Shown here: positions 24,431 to 37,160 of the stretch, in pieces
How positions within the stretch are numbered: the stretch's first letter is position 1
Layout of the letters: each line of letters opens with the position of its first letter
DNA from: Sphyrna mokarran
Taxonomy: Eukaryota
DNA: 64,000 nt
Assembly: GCA_024679065.1 (NCBI GenBank)
Contig: JAGIQG010000040.1
Span: forward strand, 3,410,001 to 3,474,000
Direction of reading: 5' to 3'
Notes under the pieces: generated by a model
What the model saw: the letters and a program-made list of their open reading frames with translations, nothing else
Databases searched by the model: none
What the model was told of the DNA's origin: nothing
Program-made: the position numbers and the translations under genes

Positions 24431-24671
24431 TTTTATAGCCAATAATACAACCACATAAAGGATGGAATTATTAATATGAATAAAACAAACATGCATTAAG
24501 ACACTGAATACCAACAACCTGAAACAGTTGCAATCGATATACAGATAAGCATCAGTTACAAATGGAACAATGAAATATATAAAAAGAGAACAGTAATTCA
24601 GCATCAATAATAATCGCATAAAATATCGTCACAATATTTGCAAGGAAAGGAAGAAGGATTTCGACTGGATT

Positions 24672-24685
24672 CCACTAGATGGAGG
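24672..24685 (+). promoter_or_regulatory. CTCF-like motif
   Basis: CCACTAGATGGAGG, near-consensus. Confidence 0.4.
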
Positions 24686-24849
24686 TCTAGCACTCTGACA
24701 AAAAGTACCCAAAACCATAAGTTTCTTGGTACTGCAGATTACAGTTGGAAATATCTTTGCCCGGAGCAGCATTTCATATCATGGATCAGTAGAAGCTTGC
24801 ACATAAAGTGCAGGCTTTGTAGCAAAGGGATCTTAGACAATGGACCTTT

Positions 24850-25180
24850 GATTTATTCATTCGTGGGACACGGGCATTGCTGGTTGTCCTGCATTTGCTG
24901 CTCATCCCTATTTGCTCTTGAAGGGAAATTGAGAATCAACCACATTATTGCAAAGGCAATGACGCAGATTTCCTTCCTTAAAGGACATTAACGAACCATA
25001 TGGGTTTTTCAACAATCGATAATGGTTTCACGGTCATGACAAGATTCCTAATTCCAGATGTTTTTAAAAATTGAATTCAAATTCAGCGGCTGTGGTGAGA
25101 TTCGAACCCTGGTCAGCAGAAGATTAGCTGAGTTTCTGGATTAATAATCCGGCGATGACTATTATACCATCGCTTCCACT
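24850..25180 (-). mobile_element. tRNA-derived Deu-SINE-type element
   Basis: B-box gagattcgaaccc near 25100; homologous to 6540-6875. Confidence 0.6.
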
Positions 25181-25734
25181 GTATGATTGTGTTTTATAAT
25201 CTATTAAAACTGGCTACCCGAAGAACGAGCCTAACATTGAGTTCCACCAGATTTGCTTCTCGACATGCCATAATGAGATGTGGTGGTATGTTGCTGATTT
25301 TTGAACTGATGTTATTCCTATTAGTAACCTCAGTGAAAATTATCTGGAAAATATCCGATTCTTGCATTCCTTTGTTGATGTTCATGACAAATTGACGAAA
25401 CTTTCTGATAAAGAATTGAACCTTGCATCCTCCCTCCATATAAACAATAATTCCCGCATTACAGTATTAACAGTACTTGAAATTAAATTCATTGCCTGAA
25501 AAACGCATTTGGAGATCCTGATTACATAATACTGGTTCAAACATCAGGAACGATGCTGTGGCAAACTGCCAGATATGAATCAGATTAAAGGACAGGATTA
25601 ATGTAGTCAATATTACACCGCACATTGCACTAACTAGAAAGATACGTTATCATTTCAGGTTATTAATTTTCACTGGTGTTGTGCCCCACCAATTCTTCAT
25701 GCATGTGTGTTTGTGTAAAATGAACTATGCATGT

Positions 25735-28545
25735 ATGTATCACATGATGTGAGGTAATGTACTTTGCAAAGTCAAATACAGATTGGAAATGTACAGTAAA
25801 TGGCAGGATCCTTAAGAGTATTGATAGGCAAAAGGATCTGGGTGTACAAGTACATAGGTCACTGAAAGTGCCAATGCAGGTGGAGAAGGTAGTCAAGAAG
25901 GCATACGGTATGCTTGCCTTTATCGGTCGGGGCATTGAGTTTAAAAATTGGCAAGTCATGTTACAGTCTTATAGAACCTTAGTTAGACCTCACTTGAAAT
26001 ATAGTGTTCAATTCTGGTCGCCACACTACCAGAAGGTTGCAGAGGCTTTGGGGAGGGTACAGAAAATATTTACAAGGATGTTGCCTGCCATGGAGGGTAA
26101 CATGAGCTACGAAGAGAAGTTGAAGAAATTTTGTTCTCACTGGAAAGAACAAAGGTTGAGGGACGACCTTACAGAAGTCTACAAGATTATGAGAGGCATG
26201 GACAGAGTGAATAATAAGATAATTTTTCCCAGGTGGAAGAATCAATTTCTCAGGGGCACTGATTTATGGTGCGAAGGCAAGTTTAAAGGAAATATACGAG
26301 GCACATTTTTTACATAGAGAGTAGTGGGTGGCTGGAACTCGTTGCTGGAGGAGATGGTGGAAGCGGATATGGTAGTGACTTTAAGGGGCGTCTTAACAAA
26401 TAAAAGAACAGAATGGGAATAGAGGGATATGGCCCCCGGAAGTGTGTGGAGTTTTTGTTAAGCCAGTGGAGGCTTGGAGGGCCGAAGGGCCTGTTCCTGT
26501 GCTGTAATTTTCTTTGTTCTTTGTTTGTATGACATGTTAGCATTCATGGTATTTAGAGTGCCCTTCTTTACAGTACAAGTACAAATGGCGATCTTATAGA
26601 GGTCTGCAAAATAATGAAAGGCATAGATGAGAAAGATAATCAGCACTTTTTCCCAAACATAGGGGAGTCTAAAACTAGAGGGCATTGGTTTAAGTTGAAA
26701 GGGGAAAGATACAAAAGGTTCCAAAAGAGCATGATTTTTACTCAGAGGGTGATGTTTGTCTGCAACGAACTACGAGAGGCAGTAATAGGTGGTGTTTAAG
26801 AGGTTAGTTGATAAGTATATGGAAGAGAAGGGAATGGTTTAGTTAGGAGGGGCATTGCTTTTTATTTTGGTCGGCACAACATCGAGGGCCGAAGGGCCTG
26901 TTCTGTGCTGTATTGTTCTATGTTCTATGTTCTATGTTCTATAATAGAGGTGGTACAATTTTAACTTTTAAAAAGCATTTAGATGGTTACAAGGGCAAAA
27001 CGAGTACAGAAACAGATGTGGACAATTCGATTAGCTTAGTGGTAAAAACTGGGCGGTTTGGATCAGTTGGACTGAAAGACCTGTTTCCATCATGTAAACC
27101 TCTGTGACTCGACAACGCAATTCTTAATGTTTGCAATTGCATCGTTAATTATATTGCATTCGACACTACCTTATTTACTATTGAGCAAGGGCTCGTCTTT
27201 ATTTAAAAGCAAGATAGAATTCAGTTACTAGCCTATTTGAGACATAATCTGAGACTCTGCTTCAGTCTTAAATGGAGCAGAATGTGCTCAGGTCGGTATT
27301 ACATTCTTTCCTCCCTTTGTTCGGAAAATAGTAAACCTGAATTTTAATACTCTCAACATTTAAATTAAATTTAAACACAACTTTAAATTAAGGGGTATGA
27401 GTTATAGGACGGATATCAGAGGTAGGTTCTTTACTCAAAGAGTGATTAGGGAGTGGAATGCCCTGCCTGCAGCTGTTGTAGATGCGCCAAGTTTGGTGGC
27501 GTTTAAGAGGTTAGTTGATAAGTATATGGAAGAGAAGGGAATGGTTTAGTTTGGAGGGGCATTGCTTTTTATTTTGGTCGGCACAACATCGAAGGCCGAA
27601 GGGCCTGTTCTGTGCTGTATTGTTCTATGTTCTATGTTCTATGTTCTATTTTTAAAGACGATTTGACCCTTTTTTCCGATTACATGGGGCATATTTCCGA
27701 CCAGTTGCAATCTTTTATTTCTATGATTCCAGACCGTCCCATGTCATTACTTATATTACAGAAGACCATGTTGGATGCACCCTTCGCACCCCCCCTCCCC
27801 ACCTCAGCGCCAAACAACACTCAGTTGGGAAACACTGAATGGTTACATGGAAAGAACGAAAGAAAGAATGAACGAAAGAAAGAACGAAGAAAGGTAGAAA
27901 GAAAGAAAGAAAGAAAGGTAGAAAGAAAGAAAGAAAGAAGGAAAGAAAGATTACTTATATGCTGCATTTCACGTCTTCCGGGCGTCCCAATATTAACATC
28001 TGTCATTTCAACACCTGGAATATAGTGTTCAATTCTGGGCGCCACGCTTTCAGAAGAATGTGGAGGCTTTGGAGAGGGTGCAGAAAATAGTTAGCAGGAT
28101 GGTGCCTAGCATGGAGGGCATTAGGCAAGAGGAGAGGTTGGCAAAATTTGATTTGTTCTCATTGGAATGATGGAGGCTGAGGGGTGATCTGATAGATGTC
28201 TACGAAGGCATGAGGAGCATGGATAGTGTGGATAGTGAAAAGCGTATTGGCTGGAATAGCCAATTATTCGGGGGCATAAGTTTAAAATGCGAGGGGTAAG
28301 GTTTAAAGGAAATGTACGAGGCAAGTGTTTGACACAGAGGGTGATGGGCACCTGGAACACGTAATGGAAGCAGCTACGATGTTGACTTTTAAGGGGGGGT
28401 CTTGACAAATATATGAATAGGGTGTAAATAAAGGGATATATTCTCCAGAAAGGTAAAGAGTTTTAGTTCACACGAGAAGCGTGGTTGCTGCAGGCTTGGA
28501 TGCCCGAAGTGCCTGCTCCTGTGTTGTAACTTCCATTCATCTTTG
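25735..28545 (+). mobile_element. Cluster of CR1 3' fragments, including young tails at about 26790-26940 and 27385-27648
   Basis: KAYGMLAFI and RPHLKYSVQFWSP ORF; repeated gaagggcctgttctgtgctg...(gttctat)n tails. Confidence 0.85.
27850..27950. repeat. (GAAA)n microsatellite
   Basis: Direct inspection. Confidence 0.9.
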
Positions 28546-28848
28546 TTTTTAGATGTTGTAATGTAGGAAACACAGCAGCAAAAGTCCACGGAGCAAGAAC
28601 CCCATCCCCACCTCACACAAAATAAAGCAATGACAGAAGTAAACATACGCTGATTTTTGTGGTGTTAAATAAGGATGAACAAAATCTGGTTTTAATATTA
28701 TGACATTGCGTTTGAGGGGGCAAATACGGACTGTTGTTTAGCATTTCATCCAGTATATGGACCACGCCTGAGTTTAGGCTCCTTCAGTACTGACAACACG
28801 GAACACTAAATTTTGTGCCTAAATACACGGAGGGTGGGATGTTGAACG

Positions 28849-28982
28849 NNNNNNNNNNNNNNNNNNNNNNNNNNNNNNNNNNNNNNNNNNNNNNNNNNNN
28901 NNNNNNNNNNNNNNNNNNNNNNNNNNNNNNNNNNNNNNNNNNNNNNNNNNNNNNNNNNNNNNNNNNNNNNNNNNNNNNNNNN
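28849..28982. other. Assembly gap
   Basis: Run of N. Confidence 1.
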
Positions 28983-29110
28983 GACAGAGAAACAGACAAA
29001 CAGATAAAAAGAGAGGGAAAGACAGGCAAAGAGATAACGCAGAACATAGAGACAGCAACAGCTGCACACTAGGCTACTTTGATGGTCCTAGGAAATAATT
29101 CTTAGTTTTT

Positions 29111-31689
29111 CTACTGTTTAAAATCACCAGTGAACATGGTGAAGGGACAGATCAGCAATTTCCTCAGCTCCTTTCTGAACTTGGTCTGAGTGACTGCATA
29201 GATGAAGACGTTGTTGCAGGAACTGAGTGTCTGGAGCATGTTGGCCGCCTCTTGAAGAATATAGTCTGCGTTACTGAAATTCAGGGCGGTGAGGTATCCC
29301 GCACCTGCGAGCCGTGCGTAGAGGAAATGTCCGACGTAAGTGGCCCACAGGAGAAGAAAACTGAGTGAAATGGCGAAGAGCAAAACAATGGACCTCCTGC
29401 GGTTTTCTATCTCCCGGTCTCCCTGGTTCTCTGTACCGCGGAGTCTCCTCCGGGCTCTACTAGCTGCTAAGATATGTCTTACAGTCAGGGCGTTGAGTAG
29501 CAAGATGAGGAGGAACGGAAGAAGTGGGGTTACGATTTTGTCTAGCCAGTCATAGGTCAGCCAGAATGGCGATGTGTAGAAGGTGACCTTCATGTCGCAA
29601 AACCAGGGCACCCCATCCAGGATGTACAAGGGCTGGTAGACGAAGTAGTAAGGGACGTTTTCCATACAGCTGAGGGCACAGATTATTCCTATAATTTGCA
29701 ATGCTGTTTTCTCGGTGCAGTACCTGGTCTTCAGGTTCTGACAGCAGATGGCCACAAAACGGTCGATAGTGAAAGCCACAGTCAGCCAAACTGAACCATC
29801 CCGAGTCGCAAATGCCAGCAAGGCGTTGGCTCTACATCCGGGGGTGGTGGACAGGACACTATTAGAAAAGTAGATGCGGCCGATCCGATTGAGGATGACG
29901 GCAGTAATGATGACCAGGAAATCGCTCACTGCTATCGCCACTAGGTAGTAAGTGATGCACCGGGAGAGTCCACACCGCCCTCGGCATAAGATCACAATCG
30001 CTAACAAATTGGCTGTGAGATAAAAAGAGTGAAAAGTTACAGAGCGGAATCCAAACACCAGCTACTGACTCATTCAATCGGTTATACAATCCGTCCAGAT
30101 CTTACCCTTTGCCACCCCCAAACTCCAGCAGTTGGCATTCGTTCAATATCAAACGCTGAACTAAACATGTGTCATCGTAGACAGCATTGCGAACTGGGCA
30201 CGCCACAAATTCTGTTTTTTGGTCAGCTTAAATCTAGCTCATTTCAAAAAAATTGCTGCTGATGCCGTTACTCATGACAGGCCCAGTCCATCAATCAAGT
30301 CTATGTTCGCTGGTCTCCATTGGTTCCCAGTCCTGGAATGTCTCGTTTCTCAGAATTTCTTTCTTCTCATGTTTAATTCCCTCCATATTCTCGTCACTCC
30401 AGGTCGGTGTAACTTCCTGCAGTCAACTGAATTCAGTTTACCTCCAACTCTACACCGTTGTGTGTTTATCCCGCCATTGCCAGCAGTTGTGCCTTCAGCT
30501 GCTGAGGTCCTAACCTCTGGAACTTCTACTTTCAACAGCTGTTTCTCACCATCTTTCTTTAGGACGATCCTTTTAACTTAATTATTTGATCCACTTGTGC
30601 CGTTCGGTTTCAAATGTCTTTGATCAAGTTCCCAGCATACATACTATAGTGGCTGAAGAAATAAGAACAACTTTACCTTACCCACTGCAACTCTCGATGA
30701 ACAATAAATATTGGCCAGCCACGGAAAACCAAAAGAAAAATATCCAGGATAAAAGTCAAACGTACAAAAAGTCAGCACAAAAAAAAACATGCATAGCAAA
30801 TTGAAAATTTGATTCACCATTCAGGGAACCCTACGCTGCAGAAGGAGGCCATTCGGCCCATTGACAACAATTCCACACAAGCACTAACCCCATGACGTCA
30901 TGCATTTACTCTAGCTACTCCCCCTCAAAACAAGAGACAATTTAGCATGGCCAATCCACCTAACCTACACATCTTTGGATTGCGGGAGGAAACCCGCGCA
31001 TTTCCTTAAAATCTTCCTTAAATAATTCCTATAAACACATTAACATTGCCCAGTAGTAAATCACGGTATTTTAGTTATTAAATTGTTGCCGACGGCGCGC
31101 TGTAAATTCTTGAAATCACTATAAGATTTGAAAAAAAAAATTAATTGCATTTAATTCAAAGAATACAGTTTAGTGGTTAATTCGCCGATGTGTAATAAGA
31201 TCACTGCGTGGAAATTCATGTTACTTCGCTGTTATGCGGTATTATTGTAAAATAGCATTCAGAACACCAGCGAATTTTACTACATCTAATGAAACTCAAA
31301 GTCGAAAATATAACAGATGCAAAGACATCAATTAGTCCAAATTAGGCAACCCAATAAAATGCATTTATATCCTTGTGTGCGGCGTAGTAGTTTGAATATT
31401 GTCTTGGAATTATCCTTGATTCAATCAAATGCATCGTAGAATTTATCATTACATGGTATAATATCATGGTATTATATGGTCTAGACATATATTGGTACCC
31501 GGTTGAAGCCCCTTAAACGCATGATTGCTAAATAGTAGAATGATCCCGTTCCTGAAAGAGACCCAATTTATTGTTCTTTTTAAACAACATAAATAACTTA
31601 TTTGTGATCCATTACTTACCAGGGGCACCAATAGCAGCAAGAACCGGATAACAAATGGCATAGAAGAGGCCTTTCGCTGGTCCGTGCAT
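29111..31689 (-). CDS. GPR139/GPR142-like class A GPCR (copy 2), 323 aa; coding exons 31689-31620 and 30012-29111
   Basis: Exon 1 MHGPAKGLFYAICYPVLAAIGAP with phase-1 GTAAGT, joined to ANLLAIVIL; TIDRFVAIC; TM7 NVFIY; frame open. Confidence 0.9.
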
Positions 31690-32135
31690 CGTCTCTCAGA
31701 AACTATACAGTTCTCAGAAGCTCAAGACTTAGCTCTGGGACACATTCAATGAGGTCCTCATTTATTGTGAATGAAAGTCTCGGGGGGGGGAGGGTGGGGG
31801 GCGGGATGTGCAATTAAACAACAAACTGCACCTTACTTACGTTTCAGTAAACAAAGACATCAAATCACCATTTCAAGTCTTCCACTTGTCACATTGGCTG
31901 CGTGGACGATTCCTTTCCTGTAGATGGGCGGAATTTATGCGTCTGAATGGTTCACTCTCATAATAAAAAAAGCCTCAAGTTTAACTAACAAATAATTCTT
32001 CAATTTCTTCCATTTCAAAATAATTGAATTCGTTCAAAAGCTGACGATAGTCAATCGCAAATAAGCACCATGGGACCTATATTACCCGGCGACTTCATTC
32101 CCACTGTTGCTCAGTTATGCAGTTTGCAATTCAGT

Positions 32136-32290
32136 NNNNNNNNNNNNNNNNNNNNNNNNNNNNNNNNNNNNNNNNNNNNNNNNNNNNNNNNNNNNNNNNN
32201 NNNNNNNNNNNNNNNNNNNNNNNNNNNNNNNNNNNNNNNNNNNNNNNNNNNNNNNNNNNNNNNNNNNNNNNNNNNNNNNNNNNNNNNNNN
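32136..32290. other. Assembly gap followed by GA/CA microsatellite to about 32500
   Basis: Run of N. Confidence 1.
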
Positions 32291-32346
32291 ACGCATAGAG
32301 ACAGAGAGAGAGGCGCAGAGAGTGAGGGAGGACAGGGAGCGGCACA

Positions 32347-32390
<44 letters not shown>

Positions 32391-32629
32391 CAGAGAGAGA
32401 TATATATAGAGAGAGAGACGCACAGAGAGAGAGTCACACATATACACAGGGAGAGATAGAGGCAGAGAGAGAGAGAGAGAGAGAGGCAGACAGACAGGTA
32501 TGGCGTTTGCAATATTTTATGAAATGATTAATTCTCATTTTGTTTCACCTCATGTCAAGTAGGGTGACGTGTTCTGGTGTCTTATTATTTAAAGCCTTGG
32601 TCCTTTAACTGTTTATCCAAAAGATCATC

Positions 32630-34020
32630 TTTATGCGGATCCACGAGAGATGGGTGGGACCCTAAATGAATATTTTTCATCAATATTTACTGTTGAGAAA
32701 AATATGGATGTTAGGGAACTTGGGGAAGTAAATTGTGATGTCTTGAGATGTGTGCATATTACAAAGAAGGAGATGCGGGAAGTCTTAAAGCGCATCAAGA
32801 TAGATAAATCCCCGGGACCTGATGAAGTGTATCCCAGGACATTGTGGGAGGGTAGGGAAGAAATTGTAGGTCCCCTAGCCGATATATTTGAATCATCGAT
32901 AGTCACAGATGTGATGCCTTAAGATTGGAGAGTGATAAATGTTTAAAAAGTGGCAAATGCCTTTGTTTAAAAAAAGGGGCTGCAAGGAAAAGCCTAGAAA
33001 CTACAAGGCAGTGAATTTCACATCTGTGGTGGGTAAATTGTTGGAAGGTATTTTGAGAGACAGGATCTACAGGCATTTAGAGATGCAAGGACTGATTAGG
33101 GACAGTTAACATGGCTTTGTGAGTGGAAAATCATGCCTCACAAATTTAGGAGAGTTTTTGTTTGAAGGAGTAACCATCAAGGCAGATGAGGGCAGTGCAG
33201 TTGATGTTGTCTACACGGAATCAATGGGTGCTTTTCGGGTTGGCAGTTGGTGACCAGTGGAGTGCCGCAGGGATCGGTGCTGGGGCCTCAACTGTTTACC
33301 ATTTACATAGACGATCTGTAGGAGGGGCTGAACGTAGGGTAACAAAGTTTGCTGATGGCACGACGATGAGTGGAAAAGCAAATTGTGTGGAGGGAGCGGA
33401 AAGTCTTCAGAGAAATCTGGATAGGCTGAGTGAGAGAGCAAGGAGCTGGCAGATGGAGTATAACGTTAACAAATGTGAGATTATCCACTTTGGTAGAAAT
33501 AATAGTAGGAGGAATTATTATCTAAAGGGTGAAAAGCTGCAGCATGTTACTGTGCAGAGGGACCTGGGGGTCCTTGTGTACGAATTGCAAAAACTCAGTC
33601 TGCAGGTGCAGCAGGTGATCAAGAAGGCGAATGGAATGTTGGCCTTTATAGCTCGGGGGATAGAACGTAAAAGCAGGGAGGTCATGCTGCATCGGTACAG
33701 AGCACTGGTGAGGCCGCAACTGGAGTACTGTGTGCAGTTTTGATCCCCTGATTTGCGGAAGGATATTTTGGCCTTGGAGGGAATACAGAGAAGGTTCACC
33801 AGGCTGATACCGGAGATGAGGGGGTTAGCTTATGTACAGAGATTGAATAGATTGGGCCCGTACTCGTTAGAGTTAAAAGGTTGAGGGGGATCTCATTGAG
33901 ACATATAAGATAATAAAAGGGCTAGATAGCATAGAGGTAGAGGAATTCTTCCCGCTTAGAAAGGAAAACAGAACTAGAGGGCACAGTCTCAAAATAAGTG
34001 GGGGGGGGCACTTAGAATGG
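32630..34020 (+). mobile_element. CR1 ORF2 fragment, decayed
   Basis: KSPGPDEVYPR, TKFADGT, KKANGMLAFI, RPQLEYCVQF. Confidence 0.9.
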
Positions 34021-34554
34021 AGGACAAGGATCGGCATCTGTCTGTACTACAATATTACCTATCTATGGTAGTTCTGCGCTTCATTTCCTTTTCAGCATTT
34101 TTTAACATCAGAGACGGACAAATAGCCATGTTTGGATGGAACATGATTGGCTCTGTCTGCCAATAGCAGCAGCTGCTGCTGGAACCTGGAATAGGACGTG
34201 GACAGTGAGGTGAAATAATTCTACAAGCTGCTTATGTGCATCTTTCAAATTCCAACACCCTCCAAACTCATCACTCTCGCTCCAATGAAACATACAAGAC
34301 AACGCAGGGCAGACAGTGAAAGGAACTGACGCATGATTAGTTTAAATTCACTACTTTCTATGTTGGAATTTTGCGGTACTCACAATGTCCGTCTGGTGAA
34401 AGTTTAACCGTGTCCTCAATCTACTGATCATTGCCGACTTACTGTGACTTATATGTTATAATAAAACCTAGAATTAAAATATAAAGAACAGATGTTGTAA
34501 GTTCTAAGCAGGTTTGGTAGCAACTGTGGTCACATCGCTGTGCGCCTATACCTC

Positions 34555-35012
34555 CGATGATGCCCCTGTATCGCTGTAGGCGCCCCTGAATCTGTGTAAG
34601 TCCCTGTATCTGTGTAAGCTCCACTATCTTTGCGTGTACGCTCCAATTCTTTGTATGTCTCTGTTTCTATTTATGCTCCAGTGTTTCTGAGTGACTGCCC
34701 CTGATTTTGTGTGATCCATTATTCTGTGTATGCCCCAGTATTTCTGTGTGTATGCTCCTGATTCTGTGTGTGCCCTTGTATCTGTGTATTCCCCACTATC
34801 TCTACATGTATGCTTCGATTTTGTGTGTGCTCTTGTACCTGTGTATGCCCCAGCATACACATTGTGTGTGTGCCCGCATCTTTGTGTGACCCTGCATCTG
34901 CATGAGCCCTGAATCAGTGTTTGCCCCACTTTCGCTGTGTGTTTCTGTCTCTGTGTGTACCCCTCTATCCATGAGCGCTCCTGAACCTGTATGTGCTCTT
35001 TTATGTGTATGA

Positions 35013-35055
<43 letters not shown>
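34555..35055. repeat. Degenerate minisatellite (18-22 bp units like ccctgtatctgtgtatgc) ending in (TG)n
   Basis: Direct inspection. Confidence 0.75.
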
Positions 35056-35056
<1 letters not shown>

Positions 35057-35431
35057 TTTGGGAGAAATTCCTCATGCATTAGTCCTATCAGTTTAATTTT
35101 ATAAAGTTTAGCACTCTGGACATTGAACCCGAGTTGGAATTTCAGAGGCGAGACTGTTCACATCATCCCACCTCTTGTTTACATTGGGACAGATGAGAGA
35201 GTGAGTGCCACTTGTAGGTGGACCCTCTGCCCACTGTGGCTTATCTGCCCCTGACAGCTTTGCATTGTTGTGCAATCGTTGCTGGCGATGGTGCAATGAC
35301 ACCATGAAAGTCATTCACTGCATCGTCTGCAATGTGATTTCGGTGATATTTGCCGAGATTTCCTCAGTATTTATAAATCCACTTTCCGAGAATTTTAAAT
35401 AAAAATGTCCTCCTGCAAACCAAGCAAAACA

Positions 35432-35504
35432 AATTTCCACTAAGGTTTGAACACGGCACGCTGGATTCAAAGTCCGGTATGCTCGTCATTACACCAGTGA
35501 AGCC
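35432..35504 (-). pseudogene. Degenerate tRNA-Gln(TTG); second Gln-like fragment on + at about 35108-35155
   Basis: Minus strand tggtgtaatgacgagcataccggactTTGaatccagcgtgccgtgttcaaacc resembles vertebrate tRNA-Gln. Confidence 0.65.
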
Positions 35505-36674
35505 AAAACGCAGAATCCTGCTGCAAATGGTCACTCAAAGCATTTGACCTCTTTCATTCAATGCGGCAATCACAGCAAATGTGACAATAATGTGTTGTTA
35601 TGCGCCGACATAAATCTGCTAAAAGCTCAGAAGACACTAACCCCAAATCGATAGCTGCGTCAGTTGTAGATGCGCCAAGTTTGGTGGCGTTTAAGAGGTT
35701 ATTAGATAAGTTTGTGGATGAAAGGGGAATGGTTTAGGTTAGAGGGTCACTGCTTGTTCCTAATTGGTCGGCGCAACATCGAAGGCCGAAGGGCCTGTTC
35801 TGCGCTGTAATGTTCTATGTTCTATGTTCTATATTGGCAGAAATTGTCATGTTTCACAGGGCAAGTAACCCGTCTTAGTGACAAAGAAATGCTTGTTCGG
35901 CCAAGTCTTTGCTGAGCTGCCAATTACGGCGTTCATATAATCATAGAAGCCAATACAGAGCAAAGGAAGGACACTGGTCCCATGGAGGCTGCACCGACTT
36001 TGACTGAGCATCTTTCCAATGCAACAACTCCCTGAAAGAGCTCACGCCCCGCCGTAACCCAGAAACCCCACACATGCTAAATCTTGGGAAAATGGGATCC
36101 ACTTTACCATGGCTAATCCATCAAGCCTGTACCTCTCTGCGGAGGAAACCAGAACACACGGCGGAAACCCATACAGAAACGTGGAGAACGTGCAAGCTCA
36201 CTGCTGAAACGTTACTGGCCAGTGAAGCAACCATCCAACCAGGAAATCTGACCGTGAGTGAATTGAACTTCCAGAATCGCCTTGAAATACTTTCAATTTA
36301 TTTGGACGACGCTCACCCAGTCTTGGCTTAATCGAAGAAACATCATTATTCATTAAAACATACAAAATGAACCGCTTTAGAACATCTTTAGCATTTCGCT
36401 TCATATAGTGCCTAATATTGATTTGACTTTGGATTGCTGACGGGGGTGGGGGCAAAGAATATCGAACTCTATGCATTGTACAGAACAGCTTCAGTTGCTT
36501 TACAATAACGTTAGCGGTGCGGATTCCGATATTGTTTGCAATAAAAATATTTCTGAAAAGGTCGGTTCTGTTTATCCTGTCTCGATTGCCTCACATCATT
36601 TATCCATTAATATTCCATTCATAGTTAGCCTGACCAGCCGCATGCAGAGCTCAGTTCCATGTCACAGCCCCTCC

Positions 36675-36713
36675 AGTTATTGTACGAGTGTTGAACAGGT
36701 TGGTATCGCTGTG
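36675..36713 (-). other. 23-RSS
   Basis: CACAGCG + 23 bp + ACAATAACT. Confidence 0.88.
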
Positions 36714-37160
36714 AGAGTCAGCGCGCAGTAGTACATGGCTGTATCAGAGAGCTGTAATTTGGAGATGGTTAACGTAAAGATGCCATTAGAACTGTCCAGC
36801 CCAGAGGAGAAACGGCTTCGAGCAAAATCCGCTTTAATTTCGTAACCAGTCGAAAGTGTGCGAATTAGTATTTGTGGTTCTGTCCCAGGGAATTGCTGGA
36901 CCCAGAACAAACTGAAGGAATTTTCTGTCGTGAAGTAGATGCAGTTTAAAGTTGAAATGCCTCCTTCTGTCCTAATCACTGTTTGAGGGTGTTGGGTGAC
37001 AGAGAATTCCTGACTGAAACCTGGATTCAATGGGAAACAAAGTCAAACATTAAACCGTGACTAGATACCAAGCGCTGTTCGCGGTTTGTTCAAAATCGCA
37101 CCCAAATTAATTACCTGTAATAAACGCTCCAAACATGGCACAGACACCGAATAGCCGCAT
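36714..37160 (-). CDS. TCR alpha/delta-type V segment; leader exon 37160-37115, V exon 37020-36714
   Basis: Leader MRLFGVCAMFGAFIT, 94-bp phase-1 GT-AG intron, SVTQHP...TLNCIY...FWVQQ...SDTAMYYCALT. Confidence 0.92.
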
